NCBI RefSeq assembly: GCF_000284455.1
Contig: NC_017039.1
Span: 2,520,001-2,552,000, forward strand
Length of the DNA stretch: 32,000 nucleotides
Direction of reading: 5' to 3'
Source: Synechocystis sp. PCC 6803 substr. PCC-P
GTDB lineage: Bacteria > Cyanobacteriota > Cyanobacteriia > Cyanobacteriales > Microcystaceae
Both the position numbers and the translations under genes were made by a program. Each line of letters starts with the position of its first letter. Position 1 is the first letter of the stretch. Under the pieces are notes generated by a model. The model was given only the letters and a program-made list of their open reading frames with translations. It ran no database searches and was not told the DNA's origin. Of this stretch, positions 10,649 to 19,689 are shown in pieces.

Positions 10649-11521
10649 ATGAACGTTTCCAAAATTGCAGTTTTCGGTTTAGGAGTTATGGGCAGTCCTA
10701 TGGCTCAAAACCTAGTTAAAAATGGTTATCAAACAGTTGGTTATAACCGCACCCTAGAGCGTCCTTCTGTCCAGGAAGCAGCAAAGGCAGGGGTTAAAGT
10801 TGTTACTAGCATTGCGGTGGCGGCGGCAAATGCAGATATTATTCTCACCTGTGTTGGAGATGAAAAAGATGTTCAACAGCTTATTTTAGGTTCGGGAGGG
10901 ATTGCTGAATACGCTAAACCCCAAGCCTTAATAATTGATTGCAGTACCATTGGTAAAACTGCGGCTTATGAACTAGCTACAAATTTAAAACTCCAGGGTT
11001 TACGCTTTTTGGATGCGCCGGTAACAGGAGGTGACGTTGGCGCAATCAACGGTACGTTAACGATTATGGTGGGGGGTGATATTTCGGATTTTGAAGAAGC
11101 TTTACCCGTCCTCAAATCCATAGGAGAAAAAATAGTCCACTGTGGTCCCAGTGGCAGTGGTCAAGCTGTTAAGCTTTGTAATCAGGTACTTTGTGGCATC
11201 CATGCGATCGCCGCTGCGGAAGCTATACAACTTTCTGAGCAGTTGGGGATTGCCCCAGAGTTAGTAATTGATACTTGTGGCAGTGGGGCGGCGGGTTCCT
11301 GGGCCTTGACTAATTTAGCACCGAAAATGTCGGAGGCTGATTTTGCCCCAGGCTTTATGGTCAAACATCTTCTTAAGGATCTGCGCCTCGTCCGGGAAGC
11401 CGCTGAAAATGGCCCATTACCAGGGGTTACGTTGGCAGAAAGCTTGTTTACATCGGTTCAATTATTGGGGGGAGAAGACCAGGGTTCCCAAGCCATTATC
11501 CGTGCCTATCGCGAAGCTTAG
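10649..11521 (+). CDS. 3-hydroxyisobutyrate / beta-hydroxyacid dehydrogenase family protein
   Basis: MNVSKIAVFGLGVMGSPMAQNL (GxGxxG-type NAD(P) site), DAPVTGGDVGAINGTLTIMVGG, GSGQAVKLCNQ catalytic region. Confidence 0.94.
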   Translation: MNVSKIAVFGLGVMGSPMAQNLVKNGYQTVGYNRTLERPSVQEAAKAGVKVVTSIAVAAANADIILTCVGDEKDVQQLILGSGGIAEYAKPQALIIDCSTIGKTAAYELATNLKLQGLRFLDAPVTGGDVGAINGTLTIMVGGDISDFEEALPVLKSIGEKIVHCGPSGSGQAVKLCNQVLCGIHAIAAAEAIQLSEQLGIAPELVIDTCGSGAAGSWALTNLAPKMSEADFAPGFMVKHLLKDLRLVREAAENGPLPGVTLAESLFTSVQLLGGEDQGSQAIIRAYREA

Positions 11522-11859
11522 ATTAATTTGGATAAAGTATAAAGAGGAAAAAGGTAGATGCCCACTGAAGCAATTTAGCTTTAATAAATTAAAATTTTAC
11601 TGGAGTAAACATGGATGTTGAAAACTGATTTTACTCCCCATCATTTCAGATTAAAAGGTCCCATCTGCTCAACAATTATTGATGATAAAAACTTTATATG
11701 ATTTTGATCTCAATCAAGGAATTGAATATTTACAATCCCAGGATGACCGACTTGGTACTTTAATTACTGGGTTAGAAGTTTGTTCATTAACCCATCATCC
11801 ACCCCGCACCACTCTCTTGGAGGCGATCGCCTGGGGGATTATCGGTCAACAAATCAATA

Positions 11860-12806
11860 TAGTCATTTCAATTAACGATGAGAGAATTTAATGTAAAATT
11901 ATGGAGTGTACAAAATGAACAGGTTTAAACAATGGCTTACAGTTTAGATTTAAGGCAAAGGGTAGTAGCTTATATAGAAGCTGGAGGAAAAATAACTGAG
12001 GCTTCCAAGATATATAAAATAGGAAAAGCCTCGATATACAGATGGTTAAATAGAGTAGATTTAAGCCCAATAAAAGTAGAGCGTCGCCATAGGAAATTAG
12101 ACTGGGAAGCTCTAAAAAAAGACGTAGAAGAAAATCCCGATGCAAGATTGATAGACAGAGCCAAGAAATTTGGAGTGAGGCCGAGTGCCGTATATTACGC
12201 ATTAAAGAAAATGAAAATAAACAGAAAAAAAAAAGAACTACGTTATCGAGAAAGAAACCGGGAGGAACGAGTTAAGTACTATAGAATGTTAAGAGAACTA
12301 ATTAAGCTCTATGGTAGTCAAGCTATAGTTTACATAGATGAATCTGGATTCGAAGCAATCCAGGCTTGTATTTATGCCTGGTCAAAAAAAGGAAAAAAAG
12401 TTTATGGAGATAGACAAGGAAAAAGGGGAGTCAGAGAAAATCTAGTAGCAGGGAGAAGAAAAGGAAAAAAAGATTTGATTGCGCCGATGGTTTTTACCGG
12501 GAGTTTGAATGCAGAAGGCTTTGAAGGATGGTTAAAATTATATTTGCTACCCTCCCTCGACATTCCATCAATATTAATAATGGATAATGCTCCTATTCAT
12601 CGTAAAACTGCCATTAAAGAATTGGCTAAAGAAGCAGGTCATGAAGTTCTTTTTTTGCCGAAATATTCTCCTGATTTAAATGATATTGAGCATGACTTTA
12701 GTGCCTTGAAACGAGCTAGAATGTACGCTCCTATTGACACGTCTCTTGATGAAATTATCCGTTCTTACTGTGGCGTTTAGCGTCTCAGCTTTATTTGAAA
12801 CTACTA
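11860..12806 (+). mobile_element. IS630/Tc1-mariner family insertion sequence, ISY100-like copy B (947 bp), flanked by TA duplication (11858-11859 and 12807-12808)
   Basis: Terminal inverted repeats TAGTCATTTCAATTAACGATGAGAG / TAGTAGTTTCAAATAAAGCTGAGAC; TA flanks; nearly identical to 2373-3318 in opposite orientation. Confidence 0.96.
11932..12780 (+). CDS. ISY100-like transposase, intact, 282 aa
   Basis: N-terminal helix-turn-helix (MAYSLDLRQRVVAYIEAGGKITEASKIYKIGKASIYRWL) and DDE/D catalytic domain (VYIDESGFE, LIMDNAPIHR, YSPDLNDIEHDFSALK). Confidence 0.97.
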   Translation: MAYSLDLRQRVVAYIEAGGKITEASKIYKIGKASIYRWLNRVDLSPIKVERRHRKLDWEALKKDVEENPDARLIDRAKKFGVRPSAVYYALKKMKINRKKKELRYRERNREERVKYYRMLRELIKLYGSQAIVYIDESGFEAIQACIYAWSKKGKKVYGDRQGKRGVRENLVAGRRKGKKDLIAPMVFTGSLNAEGFEGWLKLYLLPSLDIPSILIMDNAPIHRKTAIKELAKEAGHEVLFLPKYSPDLNDIEHDFSALKRARMYAPIDTSLDEIIRSYCGV

Positions 12807-13312
12807 TACTAATACGGCGCAAATGTTATTCCAAAGATTTTTGGACTATGGGCAACCCAAAGGATGGACCGCACAAACCTTAGCTAATGTGGACCCAGAA
12901 TTATTGAGGGAACTAGGTATTTCCCGTTATAAAACTCGCTATTTAAAAACTTGGGCGATCGCCTTACAAAATAATTTTCCTTCTTTACCTGAATTAGAAA
13001 CCTGGGGTGACCGGGCCATCGTTGAACAGTTAACAGCTATTAAAGGAATTGGTCCCTGGACAGCGCAACTATTTCTTCTATTTCGTCTTCGTCGTCAGGA
13101 TATTTTACCTAATCAAGATTTAGGAATTCGGATTGCAATTCAAAAATTGTATCAATTGCCCGATCGCCCTAATCCAAAGCAAGTGTCCGAATACGGCAAA
13201 AACTGGCAGCCCTATCGCAGTCTGGCTAGTTGGTATTTGTGGCGGAGTTTGTCGGCAACGGTTAGCCAGATTCACTTGTAGGCGTTAGCGCTGAAATTTT
13301 TCTAGTAAAAAC

Positions 13313-14584
13313 CTAACACCATTGTTCCCTGAGAATCTCTGCAATGCGGCGGGCCGCTCCAGCTTGTCCCAGCCTTTCCCGGCCATTACAGGCGATCGCC
13401 TCTAGTCGCTCAACATCATGAAGTACTTGTTGTAAAGCTTCCCCAGTTTGGTCAGGACTATTCAACAAAATTAAGGATTCTCCCAAAAGCCAGGTTTGAC
13501 GGCGCGCAAAATAGGGATTGTATTGGGGGCCTTGTCCGGGAAAACTAATCACTGGTTTCCCCAACCCGACAAATTGTTCTGTGGCGGTACCGGCCATGGC
13601 GATCGCCGCTTGGGCATGGTGCAAACAATCGGCAAACTGCTGTTGGCTAAAAACCAGCCGGGCATGATCTTTTTGGAAAACGGGCCCTTTAATCAAGCAA
13701 GAAACCTTGTTGGTCAAAAGTTCCACGGCATTATCTTCCAGTGGTTGCCAACCTTGGGTTTCCAGTTCAGCCATCAACGTTGGTAAGGGCAAGGAAGGGG
13801 CGATCGCCGCCAGGAAAGTTATGGAAGCATCGGCAAAATGGGCTAACACACTGGTTAAACTTTCCACAATCAAGGCCCAATTGCGTTCCATTTCCGGTGA
13901 TCGGGAACCGGGTAAAAGGGTAATGGTTAAACTTTGTCCTGGCTGTAACGTTTGGGGCTTGTAATCCTGCGGGTTTAAACCGTCCATCATTGGATTGCCC
14001 ACGGCATAACTGGCCACACCTTGGTTTAACAAACTTTCATGGGTGAGGCGATCGCGGGGAAAGACTGCTACGCAATTTTTCCTCGTCATTAACCACCGTT
14101 CCCAAGGATAGTAAGCGCAACCAAGCCATTTTTCCCAAGCTTGGGTACTAGGTAACCATGCCCCAGCGGGGGAGCGCAGATAATATTCCGACTTGGCTGT
14201 GCCCACAAAGGCGTAATCACCTCGGCCCAACCAAGCGAGGGCCAAGGGCACTATGTCCCCCACCGCTAGAACTTTCCCCCCCTGGGCCGTCCATTTTTGC
14301 AAACCGCCTAACTGGGCTTTGGTCAATCCCCATAAGCCTCCCTGAACATCCCGCCATAATTCCCTGGCATCCATGTTGTTAAAGCCGCCGGAGGGCATGG
14401 TTTTCACCGGGCCAATCAAGAGAATATTTAAACGTCGATAACTGTTGCCTTCCCCCACTAGGGGCAATCCCACTAATATTTCCCCAGGCTCCATTCCCGC
14501 CAACTCACTCCAAGCCTGGCCAATACTGACGGCGATCGCATCCTCTCCGTGCCCATTGCTGAGCAGTAGAATCTTCGGCAACAT
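13313..14584 (-). CDS. Lipid-A-disaccharide synthase-related glycosyltransferase-like protein
   Basis: 423 aa: MLPKILLLSNGHGEDAIAVSIGQAW ... LTITLLPGSRSPEMERNW ... AIAMAGTATEQFVGLGKPVISFPGQGPQ; GT-B-like fold family common in cyanobacteria. Confidence 0.85.
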   Translation of the reverse strand: MLPKILLLSNGHGEDAIAVSIGQAWSELAGMEPGEILVGLPLVGEGNSYRRLNILLIGPVKTMPSGGFNNMDARELWRDVQGGLWGLTKAQLGGLQKWTAQGGKVLAVGDIVPLALAWLGRGDYAFVGTAKSEYYLRSPAGAWLPSTQAWEKWLGCAYYPWERWLMTRKNCVAVFPRDRLTHESLLNQGVASYAVGNPMMDGLNPQDYKPQTLQPGQSLTITLLPGSRSPEMERNWALIVESLTSVLAHFADASITFLAAIAPSLPLPTLMAELETQGWQPLEDNAVELLTNKVSCLIKGPVFQKDHARLVFSQQQFADCLHHAQAAIAMAGTATEQFVGLGKPVISFPGQGPQYNPYFARRQTWLLGESLILLNSPDQTGEALQQVLHDVERLEAIACNGRERLGQAGAARRIAEILREQWC

Positions 14585-14649
14585 CCAACACTCCCATCCG
14601 TTACACTGAAAATAAGCAGAGTATTAAGAATTATTAAATAAGTATCACC

Positions 14650-15306
14650 ATGGGTTGGGAATTTTTTTCGCTAGAGACATTGCAGGAATTGGCCCGCCAA
14701 TATGGTTACGGAGCCGTATTCTTTGGCATTGCCTTGGAAAATGCAGGCATTCCCATCCCTGGAGAAACCATAACCCTGTTGGGGGGCTTTTTGGCCGGCA
14801 GTGGAGATTTAAGTTATGGCGGGGTATTAATCGCGGCGATCGCCGGGGCCGTGTTGGGGGACAGTTGTGGTTACTGGGTGGGACGCTGGGGCGGTTGGCC
14901 CTTACTAACCAGGGCGGCCCAACTGTTCAACATTCCCCAGGAAAAACTAGACCAAGCCCGGCATAAATTTAGTCAGAATGGGGCGGCCGCAGTGTTTTTT
15001 GGTCGTTTTGTTACCCTGTTACGAATTTTTGCGGGGCCCATGGCCGGCATTGTCCGCATGCCCTACGGCAAATTCCTGTTGTACAACATCGGCGGTGCCT
15101 CCGTCTGGGCTGCCATCACCGTTAGTTTGGCTTACTTTTTGGGGCGGGTGGTCACCATCGAGCAAATTATTGCCTGGACGACCCAATTCAGTTGGTTTGC
15201 CCTAGCAGCAGTGGTGGGCATGGTGGGCATTTACTTTGTCTTTCACTTCCTGCAAAAGCGTTTTGATCAAACCATTGAGTCGACCATAGGCGATCGCCCC
15301 CAATAA
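14650..15306 (+). CDS. DedA family membrane protein
   Basis: 218 aa: GIPIPGETITLLGGFLAG ... GAVLGDSCGYWVGR ... FFGRFVTLLRIFAGPMAGIVRMPYGKFLLYNIGGASVWA. Confidence 0.94.
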   Translation: MGWEFFSLETLQELARQYGYGAVFFGIALENAGIPIPGETITLLGGFLAGSGDLSYGGVLIAAIAGAVLGDSCGYWVGRWGGWPLLTRAAQLFNIPQEKLDQARHKFSQNGAAAVFFGRFVTLLRIFAGPMAGIVRMPYGKFLLYNIGGASVWAAITVSLAYFLGRVVTIEQIIAWTTQFSWFALAAVVGMVGIYFVFHFLQKRFDQTIESTIGDRPQ

Positions 15307-15346
15307 TTGTTAGAACTGGATTAATATCTTTGCGAGGGAAAATACC

Positions 15347-15664
15347 ATGGCCGTCAAAAAACAGTTTGCTAATTTTGCTGAAATGCTGGCCGGTTCCCCC
15401 AAGCCGGTGCTAGTGGACTTTTACGCTACCTGGTGCGGCCCCTGCCAAATGATGGCCCCCATTCTGGAGCAAGTGGGCAGTCATCTACGCCAACAAATCC
15501 AAGTGGTGAAAATTGACACTGATAAATATCCGGCGATCGCCACCCAATACCAAATCCAGTCTTTACCGACCTTGGTGTTATTCAAGCAGGGCCAACCAGT
15601 GCACCGCATGGAAGGCGTACAACAGGCCGCCCAGTTGATCCAACAGTTACAGGTTTTTGTGTAA
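15347..15664 (+). CDS. Thioredoxin
   Basis: 105 aa: VLVDFYATWCGPCQMMAPILEQV ... KIDTDKYPAIATQYQIQSLPTLVLFKQGQPVHRMEG; WCGPC active site. Confidence 0.95.
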   Translation: MAVKKQFANFAEMLAGSPKPVLVDFYATWCGPCQMMAPILEQVGSHLRQQIQVVKIDTDKYPAIATQYQIQSLPTLVLFKQGQPVHRMEGVQQAAQLIQQLQVFV

Positions 15665-15721
15665 ATACCATTCCGGCGATCGACAACAAACCTTTAGTTA
15701 ATAGTTTCTAAATATATTCAG

Positions 15722-16633
15722 TCAATTCATCTTTTTGCGGATCCAGCCGTTGACTGTGAAGCGACTATGGGCAAATTCCCTAGAAGGACAAACCACAGAC
15801 ATCACTTCGTGGCGACAACGGCTATTAAAAAAGATAATAGAATTATTGATGGGGGTAATGGTTTGAAACTTCGGATGGGTAGTAATGGTGTTATTTTTAA
15901 GCTCCGTGTCGTAGAGCCTTAATTCTCCCCCAGAAAAAGCTTTCGGTTCTTGATAAAAATAATAGACATAGGTAATTTGTCGGCTAGCTGTTTTTTCACT
16001 ACCTGCGTCATTGTGGATTCTATAATAACAACCATCATTATGGGCTGTGAGTTGTAATTCTATTTCTGCAACTTCAAAGGGAGAAAAGTTTAGTTGACCC
16101 AGTAATTCCGGTAACTTTTGTTTGATTCGTTCCCGTATTAAAGCTGATAATGCAGGAATTTTTTGAGAAAAAAGCACGTAGGATTGGCGATATTGATTAG
16201 CTTTAGTAGTAGTGTTAGATTTAATGTATTCTTCTTTTTTATCAATAGCCTCTGTGATGATTTTTTGATTTTCTTCCGGTGATAAGAAGTTTTTAATTTC
16301 TCCGTAGGTACCGGGCAAAAATATTGATTCTGACTGCTGGTGTAATGTCGGTTCCGATAGGCTGAGGTTTATTTGAGGATACTGTGACTGTAATCGCCTA
16401 ATTTTTTCCTCAGCCTTAGCCACTAATTTATCCACTGAGTGATGCTTAAATTCGGTGAAAATCCCTGCCATTTCGAGGATTTTTAGGGCTATCGTTGCTT
16501 TTTCCTGAGGAGAACATTGATCGTTGTCAATAATTGTTTCTAAAGTATCAATGGATTTAGTTAATAACTTTTTTGCTCTAGTTGATAAGGCTAGGTTATC
16601 TCCGTTGGTCTTTACTTTTGCTCCCCTGTTCAT
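15722..16633 (-). CDS. 2-oxoglutarate/Fe(II)-dependent oxygenase domain protein (prolyl 4-hydroxylase-like)
   Basis: 303 aa; C-terminal half has CYYRIHNDAG (HxD), YYFYQEPKAFSGGELRLYD, RCRHEVMSV (distal His) and SRFTVNGWIRK; helical N-terminal extension. Confidence 0.82.
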   Translation of the reverse strand: MNRGAKVKTNGDNLALSTRAKKLLTKSIDTLETIIDNDQCSPQEKATIALKILEMAGIFTEFKHHSVDKLVAKAEEKIRRLQSQYPQINLSLSEPTLHQQSESIFLPGTYGEIKNFLSPEENQKIITEAIDKKEEYIKSNTTTKANQYRQSYVLFSQKIPALSALIRERIKQKLPELLGQLNFSPFEVAEIELQLTAHNDGCYYRIHNDAGSEKTASRQITYVYYFYQEPKAFSGGELRLYDTELKNNTITTHPKFQTITPINNSIIFFNSRCRHEVMSVVCPSREFAHSRFTVNGWIRKKMN

Positions 16634-16825
16634 TATGCAGTTCCCCTGGGTTACCTAAGGCCAATCACATTTTTTGCTGAAAATTGATGGTTGGAACAAT
16701 TCTAACTGTTTTGAAGCCAACAAAAATCCCCCTCCTAGTTAGTAAAGGAAAGGGGACAAAAGGCGACAAAGCCTTCAGATTATTAACAATGGATTGATGA
16801 GTCAATCATGGCAAGGATGGAACGA

Positions 16826-18484
16826 TTACATCATGCCCATGCCGCCCATACCACCCATTCCGCCCATGCCACCCATATCGGGCATAGCGGGAGCCGCAGG
16901 TTCAGGTTTTTCCACTACTAAAGCTTCAGTGGTCAACACCATCCCAGCAATGGAAGCGGCATTTTGCAGAGCAGAACGTACCACTTTAGCGGGGTCGATG
17001 ATGCCAGCGGCTATCAGGTCTTCAATTTTGCCAGTGATGACGTTGTAACCTTGATTGCCAGTAGCTTCTTTAACTTTTTCCACAATGACGGAACCCTCTA
17101 CCCCAGCATTGCTGGCCAACTGGTGCAGGGGAGCTTCCAGGGCTTTGGCGATGATGTCGGCGGCAACCCGCTCTTCATCGTTGCTGAGTTGGGCTTTAAA
17201 GCTTTCAATTTTGCCCGCTAAACGAATTAGGGTTGTACCACCACCGGGAACAATACCTTCTTCCACTGCGGCTTTGGTGGCATTGAGGGCATCTTCAATG
17301 CGGAGTTTGCGGTCTTTGAGTTCGGTTTCCGTTGCGGCCCCGACTTTAATCACAGCTACACCACCGGCTAGTTTGGCAATGCGCTCTTGGATTTTTTCTT
17401 TGTCGTAATCGGAATCAGAAGCAGCATATTCTTTCCGCAACTGCTCAATCCGCTCTTTGACTCCAGCGGAAGCCCGTTTGTCGGCCCCAGCGACGAGGAT
17501 GGTGTTGTCTTTTTCCAAAGTGGCTTTAACGGCTTGGCCCAATTGATCCAAGCTGACGGTGTCGAGGCTCAGGCCAATGTCTTCGGAAATGACGCTACCA
17601 CCGGTGAGGATAGCGATATCTTGCAACACAGCTTTACGCCGATCGCCAAAGGCGGGGGCTTTAATGGCGGCCACGTTGAGTACACCCCGGGCTTTATTGA
17701 CCACTAGGGTAGCAAGGGCTTCTCCTTCAATGTCTTCCGCAATGATTAACAGGGGACGACCGGCCCGGGCCACAGCTTCCAGTACGGGAACCAATTCCGC
17801 AATGGCACTGATTTTTTTATCGGTGATGAGGATTAAAGGATTATCAAACTCCACCAACTGGCGATCGCTATCGGTGATGAAGTAGGGAGAAATATAGCCC
17901 CGGTCGATCTGCATCCCTTCCACCACTTCCAATTCGGTGTTGAGGGATTTGGACTCCTCCACGGTGATGACGCCATCTTTGGTGACTTTGTCCATGGCAT
18001 CGGCAATCATGGCCCCAACTTCGGGATCGTTACCGGAGGATACGGTGGCCACTTGGGCGATCGCCGAACCTTCCACGGGTTTAGCCACAGCCTCAATTTC
18101 TTGAACGAGGAAAGTGGTAACTTTTTCGATGCCCCGACGGAGAGCCACGGGATTAGCACCGGCGGCGACGTTGCGCAGACCTTCCCGCACTAAAGCTTGA
18201 GCAATAATAGTGGCGGTGGTGGTGCCATCCCCAGCAATTTCCTTGGTTTTGGAAGCAACTTCCTGGATTAGCTTAGCTCCAGCATTTTCTTCCGGGTTGG
18301 ACAGTTCAATTTCTTTGGCTACGGTGATGCCATCGTTGACAATCTGGGGAGCACCGTACTGCTTTTCTAATAAAACATTGCGACCTTTGGGGCCGAGGGT
18401 AATCCGCACCGCATCAGCCAGGGCATTAATCCCCGCTTCCAAAGAGCGTCTGGATTCATCCTTAAAGGAAATAAGTTTAGACAT
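16826..18484 (-). CDS. groEL2: 60 kDa chaperonin GroEL (second copy, GroEL2-like; no groES adjacent)
   Basis: 552 aa: [41 protein letters not shown] ... GDGTTTATI ... EEGIVPGGG ... C-terminal GGM repeats. Confidence 0.97.
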
Positions 18485-18538
18485 AGACTAAAAAGTTACA
18501 AATAACGTCAAAGGTGGCGGACAAGTCCATAAAGCACT

Positions 18539-18565
18539 TTAGCACTCTTGGCAGTGGAGTGCTAA
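18539..18565. promoter_or_regulatory. CIRCE operator (HrcA binding site) upstream of groEL2
   Basis: TTAGCACTC-N9(TTGGCAGTG)-GAGTGCTAA, a perfect match to the CIRCE consensus, 55 bp upstream of the groEL2 start. Confidence 0.97.
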
Positions 18566-18646
18566 GTCAGGTAAGGTTCGGTTTCCCGGTCTTAGAGCTT
18601 GGCGATCGCCCTGGATTTAAATGGGGGAGTAACGGACGTTTAATGC

Positions 18647-19627
18647 TCACTGGCTGGTGGTGATACCCCGTTCTCGCAGTTGGCGGATGAAATAATCTTC
18701 CAGGGAAGGGCGGGCCAGGTTCATGCTGATCAAACGGGCATTAAGACTGGGTAACGCATCCACTAGAGCTTGGACATCCCCTTGGTAATGGCCGTGCCAA
18801 ACATCCTGTTCCTGACTTAAATTGGCTAGATATTTACCCAACGCCTCTTCTTCTCCTCCCTTGAGCACCACTTCATAGCCTTCGTCATTACCTAACACTT
18901 CCGCCAAAGAACCACTGCACAGCAATTCCCCCCGCGCCAAAATGGCAATGCGGTCACAAATTTGTTCCACGTCCGCCAAAATGTGGGAGTTGAAAAAGAT
19001 GGTTTTGCCCTGTTCCTTGAGGGAAAGAATAATTTCCCGCACTTGGTAGCGCCCCAGGGGGTCCAAACCGGACATGGGTTCATCGAGGAAAACGACTTCA
19101 GGATCGTTAATCAATGCCTGGGCCATGCCCACCCGTTGCAACATACCTTTGGAATATTGTCGCAATTGCTTCTTTTTGGCGGTTTTTTGGGCTAACCCCA
19201 CCAGGTCACACATGGCCAGAATGCGCCGTTGTCGTTCCTGTTTCCCAATTTGAAACAGACTGCCGATGTAATCCAAAAATTCCCAAGCGGTTAAAAAGTC
19301 ATAAAAGTAGGCATTTTCCGGTAGGTAGCCCACCCGTTGTTTAGTCTGGCGATCGCCGATGGGTTTGCCTAGTAGAGTACCCCGGCCACCGCTGGCACGA
19401 ATTACCCCCAAAAGAATTTTTAACAGGGTAGTTTTACCTGCTCCATTAGGACCCAGTAAACCAAAGGTTTCCCCTTGCTGTACGGCAATGGACAAAGGTT
19501 TAAGGGACTCCACCTTCTGATTCATCCAAAAGCCGGTGCGGTAGATTTTGCTAATTTCCCAAGTTTCCACCACATTGGCCTGAATCGGTGGCTTTTCCTC
19601 AGCGGCGATCGGAGTTGACACAACCAT
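18647..19627 (-). CDS. ABC transporter ATP-binding protein
   Basis: Walker A GLLGPNGAGKTTLL, signature YSKGMLQRVGMAQAL, Walker B VVFLDEPMSGLDPLGR. ORF opens at 19711; MVVSTPIAAEEK at 19627 is the more likely start. Confidence 0.95.
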   Translation of the reverse strand: MVVSTPIAAEEKPPIQANVVETWEISKIYRTGFWMNQKVESLKPLSIAVQQGETFGLLGPNGAGKTTLLKILLGVIRASGGRGTLLGKPIGDRQTKQRVGYLPENAYFYDFLTAWEFLDYIGSLFQIGKQERQRRILAMCDLVGLAQKTAKKKQLRQYSKGMLQRVGMAQALINDPEVVFLDEPMSGLDPLGRYQVREIILSLKEQGKTIFFNSHILADVEQICDRIAILARGELLCSGSLAEVLGNDEGYEVVLKGGEEEALGKYLANLSQEQDVWHGHYQGDVQALVDALPSLNARLISMNLARPSLEDYFIRQLRERGITTSQ

Positions 19628-19689
19628 TGCTCTTTTTCCTCCCTGAAAAAATCCTGCTCCCAAGAGCGAGTCACTAAATATACTAAATA

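Larger units (their letters stand above)
11679..13281 (+). pseudogene. AlkA-like DNA-3-methyladenine glycosylase (HhH-GPD) interrupted by an ISY100-like element (parts 11679-11859 and 12809-13281; true 5' end uncertain)
   Basis: Deleting 11860-12808 gives LEAIAWGIIGQQINTNTAQMLFQRFLDYGQPKGWTAQTLANVDPELLRELGISRYKTRYLKTWA ... LTAIKGIGPWTAQLFLL, the HhH-GPD hairpin. Confidence 0.9.

Noticed and set aside
11602-11637. 8-bp inverted repeat GGAGTAAA ... TTTACTCC before the glycosylase gene
   Set aside because: Short arms and a 20-nt spacer in AT-rich DNA; easily found by chance, no supporting context.
16759-16775. Short AAGGC/GCCTT hairpin downstream of groEL2
   Set aside because: Only a 5-bp stem with a very short T run; too weak to call a terminator.
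16794-17885. Several antisense ORFs (84-108 aa) over groEL2
   Set aside because: Explained by the GroEL coding sequence on the minus strand.
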